From the NCBI RefSeq assembly GCF_009914755.1, contig NC_060946.1: DNA of 64,000 bases. One strand, written 5' to 3'. The notes beneath the pieces were generated by a model. That model had not been told where the DNA came from. It did not search any database and saw only the letters and a list, made by a program, of their open reading frames with translations. Origin of the DNA: the human T2T-CHM13v2.0 reference genome, Homo sapiens. The translations under genes were made by a program, and so were the position numbers. Of this stretch, positions 37,933-53,644 are shown in pieces (within the stretch, counting starts at the first letter, position 1; each line of letters opens with the position of its first letter).

Positions 37933-38146
37933 TGAGTTTGTCCAACCCTTGGCCTGTGGGCCACCTGCAGCACAGGATGACTTTAAATGCAGCCCTACAC
38001 AAATTCATAAAAACATTATGAGTTTTTTTGCGATTTTTTTTTTTGTTCATTGGCTATCGTTAGTGTTAGTGTATTTTATGTGTGGCCCAAGACAATTCTT
38101 CTTTTTCCAATGTGGCCCAGGGAAGCCAAAAGATTGGACACCCCTG
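37933..38146. mobile_element. MER30 hAT-Charlie MITE
   Basis: tgtggcccaagacaattcttc...tgtggcccagggaagccaaaagattggacacccctg. Confidence 0.85.
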
Positions 38147-38994
38147 CACTAGAGAAAGGGAAGAAAACAGGCAAGTGTTGTGTCCTGGAGGCCAAGGCAC
38201 AAACAGGTGTCCAGAAGTGAAGGCTCCACAATGCCAAATTCTGCTGCAACAGAATAGGAGGTAGCTCTAGAACTGGGCAAAAGGAAGGTCCCTGTGGACA
38301 AAGCAGCGTTTGCGGAGCAGGTTTCACTGGGTTGGGGAATAAGTGAGAGGAAAGAAATGCTGACAGTGAGTGCAGCTGGGCCCTTTAGGAACGCTGAGTA
38401 CGTCCTCTGCCTGAGCAGGTGTACCCTGACAATCCCAGTTAATGTTGGAATCTGCCCTCCCATCACCCATCTAGTCCCCTAATGGCTCCACTTCTTTGTT
38501 CCATTGCACTGACACTCACCTTCCAAAGTGTCATTTGCCTTGTATTCTTTACTAATGTAGTATGTTCATTGTGGATTGTGTATCTCCCCTGCAAGACTAT
38601 AACAGTCTCAAAGGCCTCATTTTTTCTGGTCACCACTATGTCCTAAGTGCCCAGAGCAAGGGCTTGGCTCCCAGTAGGTGTTTAGAAGGGTTAGTAGAAT
38701 GAAGTGAATGACAGAATGGGGAGAAGGACGGGGTTTGGGAAGGAGCCTGGGGCCAAAAAAAAAAAAAAGGTTTCTGCTTTTAGAGCTGGGTGCAGCCTGA
38801 TTATTTACGGCTGAGGGAAAAACAACTTGGTTTGAAAACATAGAAGAGAGAAACGGGAATTCGTGACGCAAGGTCTTAGGAGAGATGAGTTTCAGAGCAG
38901 GCTTGGGGAAAATGACCTGGTTCAAGGAAGCTGGGAAGGGTGAAGCTACGTACGGCTGGAAGGTAGGTTTCTGGAGTGTCTTAAATAACTCTAA

Positions 38995-39290
<296 letters not shown>

Positions 39291-39333
39291 GGGTTTTTTG
39301 AGCAAGGGAGCAGCACATCACTCTGGTGACCAT

Positions 39334-39435
39334 TCAGGGTCATTGTGCCGTACAACTCAGGAGAAACCATTTACAATCCCATAGAACACAATGGGAATGG
39401 CGCCCCCTGGAGTTGTGCAAACATGGCAGCCCCGT
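39334..39435. mobile_element. MER91-like hAT-Tip100 MITE carrying a CTCF-like motif (39398-39416)
   Basis: caggg ... atggcgccccctggagttgtgcaa ... ggcagcccc; reverse complement reads CTCCAGGGGGCGCCA. Confidence 0.6.
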
Positions 39436-40770
39436 GAGGAAGGGCAGGAGCTAAGAGGGGTATGAGGCAGGACCTTCTGGTGGGAAGCTCTTGGAGATTT
39501 AATTAAGGTCTGACTAGGGGGTTGCAGGAGGGACAGCAAAATGATCACAAATGCAGTCTGACAGCAGGTGGGATGGTAAGAGGGCACGAGGGCCTGAGTG
39601 TAACTTGTTTATGGAAGGACCTTCAGGACCGGGGCTGGCTGCACTAGGGAGATAATAAATTGAGGTTTTGGTAGTTGCCGTTGCTCAAGAACAAAGAAGG
39701 AACTCCACTTAGATATGGTAACATTGAAAAAAATATATATGATGGTAGATAAATTCCCAGGTAAGACCCATAGAGGGAATTTAGAACTTACCCCAAAAAG
39801 CACTATTGGAAAAATCTGGAACTTTTGAGATTGATGTAGGGAGGCCACACATGTCCTACTGAAATCACCTTTTAGTGTCTTTCCTACTTGATCTAATCGC
39901 CTCCTGTCTGCTCCCTTCAATTCAACTATATCCTAGTCCATTCAATAAACATTAATTGAGCATCTACAATTCCTCAACATTAGAGATCAAAAATAAACGA
40001 TATAATCCCTGCTCCTGATTGGCTGTCAGGCTAGTGAGAGAGACAGAAGCATAAGCAGCTACAACAGAACATGGAAGATGCTCAACTAGGGTTTCTGCAG
40101 AGGAACAGGGGAGGGCAGAGGCAGGATCTCACCAAGTTTCCTGTGCATGTGGGGCAATGTTGAGCCTCCCTTGGTCATCTTTATTCCCAAAGTCCCAGAA
40201 GCTGGAGCACAGGGCGAAGAAAGAGTAGAAAGCTTGGACCCCACATTTGCTCCTGGATTCCTCACTGAGGCCATAAGAGGTAGCGCTGGCCTCAGCTCAG
40301 CCCCTGAGTGGCTGTGACCTTGGGATGCCACTTGCTACCTGTGAGCCTGGAAGTGGGTCTTGGGCCAGTCCTACTGGAGGTTCCCTTGACTGCATGGTGT
40401 TCTCACAGTTACACAGTTAGCCAGGTCAGACAGTAGATCTCAAGGAGGGCAAAAGCCGCCACCTCCAAGAAGGCTGCCAGATACACCTTTTGCTCTGCCT
40501 GACAAGAACCTCCACAGATTCCAAGGTCCAGCTCTAGGGGTGCCTCCTCTGTGGATCCTCCTCTGACCCCCTCAGAGATAAGTCTCTGGCTTCCACGTGC
40601 TTCTGCTCTGAGTGGGGGGTTCTCCTTCTGCTGCATAGGACAGAGAGGACATCCAACTCAGAGTAGAAGCATGCCCTCTCTAAGTTGTAAATTCGATGAT
40701 GTCATCTCCATATTTCATTGCCTGGCATATAGTAGGTGTTCAGTGCTCTTTGAAAGGATGAATACATTAA

Positions 40771-41090
<320 letters not shown>

Positions 41091-41224
41091 ACAAATGTCA
41101 AAATCTCATATCCTTCACAGTGCCCATGTCACTGCCCCTAGAAGTCTTCCCATGCCTCCCTTACTGAGTCATCTCTCTTTTCCCCATACTCCAATAGGAT
41201 GCTGTTTGAATGCCTACGCTAGAA

Positions 41225-42175
<951 letters not shown>

Positions 42176-42402
42176 TTGAGAGCTTACTAAGATCGGCTTG
42201 CTAATAGGCTTATTTTGGTCTCGCCTATTAGCCTATAAAAAGAAGAGTTAGGAACACAGCCTTTGGATGCAGATGGGTCTGTATTAATATTCTGATCCCA
42301 GACTCCCTCTCTCTTTTTCTTCCTTTTCGGTCAAAGTCACTGGGCAGGTCTGCTAAGGGCCAGAAGGCAGTCCAAGGGCAGCCAGGACTCAAACAAGGAG
42401 GG

Positions 42403-42865
42403 TGTGTCAATTTCCTAGGGCTGTCATAACAGAAACTGGGTGGCTAGAATAACAACCATGTCTTTTCTCACTGTTCTGGAGGCTAGAAGTCCAAAGTCAA
42501 GGTGCTGGCACCGCCATACTCTCTGATGTCTCCAGGGAGAATGCTTCCTGCCTTCTTCCAGCTTCTGGTGGCTGCTGGCAATCCCTGGTGATCCTTAACT
42601 TGTGGGATCCCTCCAGTCACATGACTTTCTTCTTCCTGTGTGTCTTCAGTTGTTTTATCTCTAGGGCTGTCTGTCTCCGTGTCCACACTTTCCCCATTTT
42701 ATAAGGACATCGGTCATATTGGATTATGGCCCACCCATAAGACCTCATTTTAGCTTGATTACTTCTGTAAAGACCCTATTTCCAAATAAGGTCATATTCT
42801 GACATACTGGGGATTAGAACTTCTGCATATCTTTTTGGGAGACACAAGCCAACCTCATAACAGAG
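42403..42865. mobile_element. MLT1-family LTR
   Basis: tttcctagggctgtcataaca ... tataaggaca...gtcatattggatta ... tgtaaagaccctatttccaaataaggtca. Confidence 0.8.
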
Positions 42866-43108
42866 GGTGTCAGTACAGGGCAGGACCCAACCCAGCATGG
42901 AAGTGGGCTATATTCAGTGGGGCAGGAGGAGGGGAGAAGCTATGTAAATACACTGACAACAATAGTGTAGTTTCACACAGATAAGAAGGGAGGTACAGAT
43001 ATAGACAGAGAGAAAGCTAGAAAGAACCCTGTGGTGTTGGATTGGAACTGGCAGTATAAGTGTGAACTCATGGTTTTCAAAATGATAGGTATAGAAATAA
43101 ATACAGCT

Positions 43109-43563
<455 letters not shown>

Positions 43564-43916
43564 CTACTATGAGGAACCCAAGCCCCTTGGAGAAAATTCC
43601 CAAGTCCGAGCCCAGGGCAAGGTAAATAGGAGAGGAGATGAGCATTTCATGCTGCCTGAAAGTCAGGGAGGTCTTAAAGAACGATGGGGATCATTGAAAA
43701 GGACACAGGAGCCCATTTGAAGGAGCTGTCACTGGCCAAAGTTGGCATGATTTGAGCATTAAAATAAATCATGGTAGGAACTGACTGTAAGCCATTTAAT
43801 AAAATAGAAATCCGTGAGTCCACACTGATTATATAAGTTAACAAAGAACACAAGAAGGAAAACAAACTCTTCCTTAGGTAGAATGCCAACTATTAAATAC
43901 AAAAGGAATGGTGACA

Positions 43917-45965
43917 TTTTATTATTTATTTATTTAACAATAGCAACTTTTATTTTAGACTCAGGGGGTGTACGTGCCCCTTTGTTATCTCATAATACTT
44001 TAGCATTTTAGAATAGTTTTTTCTAATTCTGTGAAAAATGATAATTCATATCCCAAACCACATGGTAAGTGTAGTACCCGGGTAGTTAGTTCTTCAATCC
44101 TTGCCTCTCTGCCTCACCCCTCTAAGTAGTTCCCTGTGTCTATTGTTGCCATCTTTATGCCCATTAGCACCCAATGTTTAGCTCCCACTTATAAGTGAAA
44201 ATATACAGTATTTGGTTTTCTGTTCCTGCATTAATTTGCTTAGGATAATGGCTTCCAGCTGCATCTATGCTGCTGCAAAGGACATATTTCATTCTTTTTA
44301 TGGCTGTGTAGTATTCCGTGGGTGTATATATACCACATTTCCTTTATCCAGTCCACTGTTAACGGGCAACCAGGTTGATTCCATGTCTTTGCTATTGTGA
44401 ATAGTGCCGCAATGAACATATGAGCACAGGTGTCTTTTTGGATATATACTCAGTAATGGGATTGCTGGGTCAAATGGTTGTTCTGCTTTAAGTTTTTTAA
44501 GAAATCTCCAAACTGCTTTCCACAATGGCTGAACTAATTTACATTCCTATCAATAGCATATAAGCATTTGCTTTTCTCTGCTGCCTCACCAGCATCTATT
44601 GTTTTATGACTTTTTAATAATAGTCATTCCGACTGATGTGAGATAGCATCTCATTGTGGTTTTGATTTGCATCTCTCTGATGATTAGTGATATTGAGCAT
44701 TTTTCATATCTGTTGGCTGCTTGTATGTCTTCTTTGGAGAAGTGTCTGTTCATTTCTTTTGCCCACTTTTTATTGGGGTTATTTTATTTTATTTTATTTT
44801 TTGCTTGCTGAATTGCCTAAGTTCTGTACAGATTCTGAATATTAGACCCTTGCTGCATGCAGTGTGCGAATATTTTCTCCCATTCTGTAGGTTGTCTGTT
44901 TACTCTGTTGATAGTGTCCTTTGCTGTGCAGAAGCTTTTTAGTTTACTTAGGACCCACTTGTCAATTTTTGTTTATATTGCAATTGCTTTTAAGAACTTA
45001 GTCATAAATTTTTCCCCAAGAATGATGTCTAGAGTGGTGCTTCCTAGGTTTTCTTCTAGGATTCTTATAATTTGAGGTCCTACATTTAAACTTTTAATCC
45101 ATCTTGAGTTAATTTTTGTATATGGTGAAAGGTAAGGGTCCAGTTTCATTCTTTTGTGTATGGCTGGCCAGCTATCGTATCACCATTTATTGAATAGGGA
45201 GTGCTTCCCCCATTGCTTATTTCTGTCAGCTTTGTTGAAGATCAGATGGCTGCGGGTATTCAGCTTTATTTCTGTGTTCCATTGGTCTATGTGTCTGTTT
45301 TTATACCAGTGCTATGCTGCTTCGATTATTGTAGCCTTAGTATAGTTTTAATTTGTGTAATGTGATGCCTCAGGCTTTGTTCTTTTGGCTCAGGATTGTT
45401 TTGGCTATTCGAGCTTTTTTTTGGTTCCATATGAATTTTAGAATAGTTTTTTCTAATTCTGTGAAAAATGACAGTGGTAGTTTGACAGGAATAGCATTGA
45501 GTTTGTGGAATGCTTTGGGTGTATGGCCATTGTAATGATACTGATTCTTCCAATCCATGAGCATGGAATGTTTTTCCGATTGTTTGTGTCATCTATGATG
45601 TCTTTTACCAGTGCTTTGTGGTTCTCCTTGTAGAGATCTTTTATGACCTTGCTTAGCTGCATTCCTAAGTATTTTATTTGTGTGTGTGTGTGTGTGTGAC
45701 TATTGCAAATGGGATTGCATTCTTGATTTGGCTCTCAGCTTGAACTTTATTGGTGCACAGAAATACTACTGATTTGTGCACATTGATTTTGTTTCCAACT
45801 TTATAGAAGTTGTTAATCAGTTCCCGGGGACTTTTGGTGGAGTCTTTAGGGTTTTCTAGGTATAAAATCATATCATCAAGGAAGAGAGAAAGTTTGACTT
45901 CTTCTTTTCCTATTTGGATGTCTTTTATTTCTTTCTCTTGTTAGATTGCTCTGGCTAGGACTTCT
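43917..45965 (-). mobile_element. L1 (L1PB-like) 3' ~2 kb, 5'-truncated, nested in an older L1M 3' end (~42900-46610)
   Basis: Minus-strand ORF fragments [58 protein letters not shown]...PFDPAIPLL are L1 ORF2 C-terminal motifs. Confidence 0.92.
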
Positions 45966-47840
45966 GAATGACAGAATTTTTAAAAGTCACCATTTGGCAA
46001 TGATCATCATGATAATGTTTAATTAAATTAAGGAACATCATTGCATACTGAAATTATACAAGTGTGGGAGTGGGATGAGAAAGCTTAAAAGTATCTCCCT
46101 ACCAAATGCTTATAAATTACGATGTGGAAGGGGAAGTAACTTTACAATAGAGAAACTTGATTGATGTCAAGTTAATCAAATGATCAGAGCGAACGACATT
46201 AGTGATGGGACAGATTGACAATGAAAGCTAATAGGACTCACCAAGAATAATCCAGCATCACTTCTGTGCTATTTTGGCCAAGAAAGCATAACCCAGTTCT
46301 AATCATCAGACAGAGCCAAATCGAGGGACATTATTCAAAACAACCAACCTGCAGTCTTCGAGATGTCGAGGAAAAAACAAGGCATCTGTTTCAAACTGGA
46401 GGCCCGAAAGACATGGCAACTAAGAGCCATGCATTTAGAGAGAATGCAAAGTCCCGGATGGATTTTCTTGTTACAAAACCATTATTGAGAAGCTTAGCGA
46501 AACTCAAAGGGGGTTTCCACATGAAGGGTATGTGAGAGTTCTTTGTATCATTCCTTTAACGCTCTGTATTTTGAAATAGTTTCAGAATAAAAATGGAAAT
46601 GGAAAAAAATGCAATGTTAACATATACGAGTTACTACTTTCAACAAGTTATCTTCCTTTTCATGCCTCAATTTCTTCATCTGTAAGGTGAAGACAGTAAC
46701 AGCTACATAAAGGTTATTGGGAAGAGATGGAGAAGCCCCCAGCCGAAGGTCTGCTCACAGCGTAAATGCTCAAGCCCTGGTCATTATGAGTACTACGTTC
46801 TTGCCAACATTTTCTTGGGTTTCTTAGTCTCTAAAAGATCGTCAATTGCAAGACACGGTATTTTACATACCACTGAAGGAAAAAACAAACAAACAAACGA
46901 AAACATTCAATGAATTCCTGACGGTGTGATTCTTCTCGCTTAGAACTTTTAATACTTATTGAGAGAACTCTGTTAGACTCATTCAAATGTAGATTTTTAT
47001 CCCCTGCTGCTCTATGATGACTTTTAAAAGGAAAGGGTCAGTCAAGTGAATTGGCTGAGGTGTTCCTAAAGCTCCTTCACATTTTGGGTCTGGTGTCCGG
47101 AGTGATTTTGACTCAGAGTCTCGGGTTCTTCGTTTCTCCACCAGACAGCATCCTCTGTGCTCCTGAGGGCATCCAGGCCCGCAGCCTCCCAGTCCCACAG
47201 AGGACCTCAGCAAAGACAGGCAGAGTGGGGACACCTGGGAGAAAAGAGAGCCCGGGACGTCACTTTAATTCCATCCTCTCCAGCCCTGGAGAAGCCCCTG
47301 CAGGGTTTTTCCATGCCAGGCAGGGACCTCACACTGACCGGAGTGCCTGAGAGAACCACACATGCCTTCCTCTACCCTGGGCTTTTTCTGCTAGGGTGAG
47401 GCCCTGCCAGCTCTTCCTGGCCAACCCTGCCCTTCCTGGTAGGAGGAAAGCAAAGAACAACAATCAGGCCAGAATTCCAGTGGCTTCGAGGCAGGTTCCT
47501 GCCCCTCCATTTCCTCCATTCCCCTCATTCTTGCCCTCCATTCCCCTCATTCCTGCCTGCTGCCCTTTCTCCTGGGAGGCAGCCCCATGTAGGAGAAATA
47601 TGACTGCGTTTTGTTGTGTCTTGGCACTGTGATTCATCTTGTCTTTATTCAAACTTTTCATATTTGGTTCACCGTGAATAGTTTCTGCATCAGTTGGGAT
47701 TTTTTTAAACCATATTGCATTAAAATATTACTTATAACAATTACTGAATTTTTAAATGCCTGTTTAAATTTTGAGCACGAGAGACTGCCTCACTCACCTG
47801 ACCTTAATTCTGCTGGCCCTGCTGTGCTCATGGAGCCACT

Positions 47841-47890
47841 CATTCATTCATTCATTCATTCATTCATTCATTCATTCATCTATTCATTTG
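47841..47890 (+). repeat. (CATT)n microsatellite
   Basis: Directly visible, ~10 units. Confidence 0.9.
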
Positions 47891-48230
47891 CACACAGTCA
47901 AAGGTGCAATTTCTCCTCTGTACCAGGCCATGTGCTAGGTATTTGGGAGGGAAGTGCAAGCCGGACACAAGCCAGCACTGAAGATAGTGTCAGAAGAAAG
48001 ACAGCCATGAACACACATGACCATATGACACATGGTGGGGTGGGGCGGCAGGGCAAAGAGGACATCGGGGAAATCAACATGCCACCAGCTACCACTTGTA
48101 GGGGGTTCTCCTGTGGCCAGCTCTGAGCTAAGGTCTTCCTGCACAGAATCTCACTGGATTCCCTCAACAGTCCTTCCAGGTTTGTAGATGCTTCTGCAAA
48201 AGTAACAGACAGATGGATGTCCCGAGGCTT

Positions 48231-48585
48231 GGGGAAGTAACACGCAGATGATTTGCACAAGGACACGCTTTAAGAAGCAGTGGACTTGGAAGTCCAACAC
48301 AGATCTGTCTGGCTCTGGGCTCAAACCAGCTATTGTTATTGCAGCCACTTCCACCTGCATCCCCATCAAGCAGTCAGGGAAGGCTGCATGGAGGAGGCCC
48401 TGCGTCAGCTGAGGCTTGAAGGAGGCCTAGGAGTTTATAGGAAGGTAAATTGGAGTAGGAGGCTTTCTGGAAGTAAGAAAAGTCACGTGCACTATTAGCA
48501 AAGTAGGCCTGGGCCGGCACTGCTTCCTCTTTCTGCTTCTCTGTTTCCTGATGACATCAACATAAATAGGAAACGTGGGAGGCTC
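48231..48585 (+). promoter_or_regulatory. CSF2RB: CSF2RB proximal promoter
   Basis: CATAAATA (48561-68) ~25 nt before the exon-1 start; ETS/PU.1 cores GCTTCCTCTTT (48522-32) and TTTCCTG (48544-50); CRE-like TGACATCA (48552-59); CACGTG (48484-89); GGGGAAGT-CAGATG-TTGCACAA cluster (48231-60). Confidence 0.8.
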
Positions 48586-48635
48586 ACTCTGCCTAGAGGC
48601 TCCAGAAGAAGACTGGTCTCTCCCACCACACAGAG
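48586..48635 (+). other. CSF2RB: CSF2RB non-coding exon 1
   Basis: Inr-like TCACTCT; donor GAG|GTATGG; matches recalled 5' end of CSF2RB mRNA, which joins to GCCTGGAGGAGG at 56981. Confidence 0.85.
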
Positions 48636-49346
48636 GTATGGCCCGGCGTCCAGGAGCAGGGCTGAGGGGTGGGGTCAGAGCAGGGGGGAATGTGGGGAGT
48701 CCAGGATGAAAAAGGACAGGGGGAGCCTGGGGGGCGTCCTGTGGGTAGCTGTGCCCTGGGGACTTGGAGGAGTTAGGGCTTGGCCTCTTAGGATGACCTG
48801 AGCCCAGACTCCTAGGGCGGCCAGTGGATGGAGAGGCAGCCAGGGGTGCCAAGCTGCTTGGGTGTTGTAGGAGAGCTCTGGGGAGGACTCAGCCTCGCTA
48901 GCGGGATCTGGTTGGTCCTGGTGGGAAGGACGCCTAGTGGGGTGAAGAGAGCTCAGGCCTGAGAGTCAGGCACCTATAGTCTGTCTTCGCTTTGTCACTA
49001 AGATGCTGGTGGTAGTGAGAGCACCCCCTGTCCACCCTGGGCTTCTGTCTCCTCATCTGTGGAATGGGGAGCATGGATAGTCCCTGACATCTTGGTTTAG
49101 AAAGAGAGAGAACGCATGCTCGTGTGTTTGCCTGTGTGTGCATTTGTGTGTGTGCCTGTGTGTGTATGTGCATGTGCGGATGTCCGGGGATGCAGGAGTG
49201 CAGAGAGACTAAGAGGCAGAGGGTGAAACCTGGAAGCTTGCTGCGCTGAGGCCCAGAGCTGGGTGCGGTGTGGCTTGAGAAGCTCACTTTGAACTTGAGA
49301 AAGAGCCCAGCACTTTGCCCAGAGACATACCAGGCACTATCCAGCA

Positions 49347-49395
49347 ATCTCTCTCTCTCTCTCTCTCTCTCAGTCTCTCTCTCTGTCTGTCTGTC
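49347..49395 (+). repeat. (CT)n / (CTGT)n microsatellite
   Basis: Directly visible. Confidence 0.9.
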
Positions 49396-49999
49396 TTTTT
49401 AGTTATGACACTCTGCCCTGCTGATTTGGGTTGCTGATTTGGGTTGGGGCCCAGGTGTGTGTGTTCTGTACCCAAGTATGCTGGCTGGGTGGGTGGGTAT
49501 CTGGGGTGCCTGCTTCAGGGTGTGTGCAGGTGTGTGTACTGGCCCTGAGAATGAAAGGGCAGGTGTTTCACTGGGACCTTGTCAGACAGGTGCTAGCGAC
49601 AAGCTGCATATGTGCAATTTTTAGTCTTCAAAAACCCTGCTGTTATATTTTTGTACAGCCCAATTCTAATTTTTTTCTATCATCTTTCCTGCTTTGTAAT
49701 CATTTTATAATGAGTAAACATTTCCTATTAGCTTTTGGTCACTCTTTTTTTCATCCAGCAGTTTTATTTATATTGTTCCAGTATACAGATATACCAACAC
49801 CACAGGATAATTCATGAGTTGTATAAGGAATGTATTTAATGCTAAACAAGCAACTACACAGAAACCTGCCTTCATGAAAATTAGAATAATCTAGAATTAT
49901 GTAGCACAAGAGACAAAGTCCCCAGCAATTTCTTTTCCCTAGTTCCATAGCTTATTCTTTTCACCACATGTATTCTTCCAGAACATTTTCTAAGCATGA

Positions 50000-50338
<339 letters not shown>

Positions 50339-51533
50339 CTGGTAGTTTTTCTTTTTACAGAAATGGGATTATTTTATTTATATATATATATATATATATT
50401 CCTAATTTTTTCACTTAATATTGTATTTTGGAATATTTCCAAATTTCTACAATAATACATACAGATTTAACTCGTTAAGTAACCCTAAGAAATATGTGGC
50501 ATTTATTAGGATGGGTACACCACAATTCATCTAATCTCACGTTGATCGACACCTAGATTGTTTCTAATTTTTCCACATCTGTGAAAGTGTTTCTGTAGCC
50601 TAAATTACTAAATGCAGAATTGCTGTGCAGAGGTTGTGCGTTAGAAATTATAATAGGTATTGTCAAATCAGCCTCAAAGTAGCTGAGCTAAGCTGACGTC
50701 CCCAAGGTAGTGCATAAAGGGGCCAATTTACCTTTAGAGAAATTATCAATCTTCTAATTTTGTCCAATATTATGTATGGAAATTCTCAATGTTGCGTGAT
50801 TTTTTTCTTTCCCTGATTATGGGTGAAGTTGTACATTTTCTATATGTGGATTGGCCTTTTGGATTTCATTTATGATGAATGTGGAGAAATTTTTGTTCAT
50901 CTCCTGTTGAATTCTCTTTTACATCTTAACTTTTGGAGTGACTCATTTATTACGTGTATTAATAATCCATTTATATATGTTGAAAATATATTCTCCCAGG
51001 TTATGACTTATCTTTTTCTTTACCATGTTTAAGATGTCTTATGTCATATAAAAATGTTTTCATTGTTAAGTCAAACCTGTCATTACTTCTTACTTTATGG
51101 TTTCTGATTTTGGTGTCTTGTAAACCTCTAAGATCACAGGTGTCTTGTAAACCTCTTTTTACTTTATGGTTTCTGGTTTTGTGTCTTGAAACCTCTAAGA
51201 TTACAGAAAGAGTTTTAATAATTTTACTATTTTGGTTTTGACTTTGAGATTTTTAGCCCACCTAGAATTTAGAGAAGTGAGTAATGTGTAAAGTAACTTT
51301 TAAAAATAATTACCATCTAATTGTCTTAACATTGCTAATTATGAGTGTGTGATTTCTCCTCTCTTCAATGATTTGAAGTGCCCCTATTACATCCTAGGCT
51401 TCTATACATACTTCGTTATTTTCTTTATTGTTTTCTCTTCCATTTGGCTGTCACTACATTCCTTATTATTTTTCTAGCGAATGGAGCAAGTCTCTCATCT
51501 CTGGTTTGTTATAATTTAGAATCAGTTTGCCAA

Positions 51534-51891
<358 letters not shown>

Positions 51892-52598
51892 TTAGAGATG
51901 ATCTGAGGGACATTGACCACTGGAAGTAAAGACAATAGTGAGAGCCTCCTGTGTGAGGCTTTGACAGGAGGACACTAACGTGCCCCCTTGACTCTGTCAT
52001 CGCCTTTGGTTTCTGGCAGACTTTCAGTGATGCCAACGTTTCCGCCACTGCTTCATTTGCCAGGGTTTGTTTGTTCATTTAACCAGAAATGTCTTGTTTA
52101 TTATTAAATATTTAGGAGTGTCTGTCAAGATCAGCTTATCCTTTTTTCCCTTTTAATCCGTTCATCTGTTTGTTTGAATCATAAATAGGTTTCTTAAGGG
52201 TTCTCCTTCCATGTATGGAGTACCCTCTACTTGGCCATGATGTCTTCTTCTTTTAAAAGTCTTTGTCAGGTTGACCTATGAAATTGTTTTTGTCTGGAGT
52301 GAATTTGTATTTTGCTTTTCCCCCCTAGTTTTTATCCCTGCCATTCAATTTCTTCATAAGCTTGGGAATGTTTATCCCTGCCATTCAATTTCTTCATGAG
52401 CTTGGGAATGTAATATGTGCATGTTTATTTTGAGTAAGAAGGTGTTTGGTTTTTCTCTTCTCTTTTCTCTCTCTTCCTTTCTCTGTCCCTCCCATCCCTT
52501 CTCTGTCATCCTCCTGTCCCCATGCTTACTCTTCATTCTTAGTGATTTTTAATCTTTATGTTTTTAGGGATTTAAAATGTATTGAACTTATATTTTCT

Positions 52599-52903
<305 letters not shown>

Positions 52904-53644
52904 TTAAAGAAACCATATTTGCTGCCAGCATTTGGGTTTATTTAGCACATATATGATCTTCCAAAACAAGAGGAGATCTTTAGCAAGTTTTCAGTTCTCT
53001 TCCATTCTCCACCCCAGCCTCACAGCAAACTCCCACATTAAAATCATCTGAGTTTTAGTTCAATATTCTTCTTTAACTTATCTGTAAGTGTTACTGGTTT
53101 CTTTACCTCAGTATTTCAGCTTTCTTGGATTTTTTTTTCCTGAAATATAACCTAGAGTAATTTCTTTCAGAAAAGATCTGAAAAACTTTCTTTGTCCTTA
53201 CATACCCAAAATTTTTTGTGTCCTTTAAATGTCAAAGAAAACTTGGCATTTTGTGATTCTAGGTTTAAGCATAATTTTCCCTTGGTATTTTCAAGACATC
53301 TATTTAAAGTTCAGAGTCTCTTATGTGAAACCTTTAGCCAATCTGACCCTTGTTGCATTCAAAGTATCCTATTTGTTTTCTTCTGGAAGCATTTCTGGGA
53401 TCATCCTCATATTCTTGCAAGAGGAAAAGTTTACCAGTGAGAACTAGGTATGGCTTTATTAAAAGGAATCTTGGGAGTTAACCCTGATCTCTGTCCCCTA
53501 CTACAAAACCTCATCGTAGTAGCCTCCCCCCTTGAATACAGATTCCTTACTGTCTTTGAAAAATATTTTAAAAAGGAGTCTTGTTCTTTATTGAGTGGCC
53601 TCTTGTCTCCTTGAAAGCCCTGTGAAGCTTTCCCCATTTGCTGT

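Noticed and set aside
44212-45871. Reverse-transcriptase-related ORF fragments
   Set aside because: Broken ORF2 of a 5'-truncated old L1; not an active element or new system.
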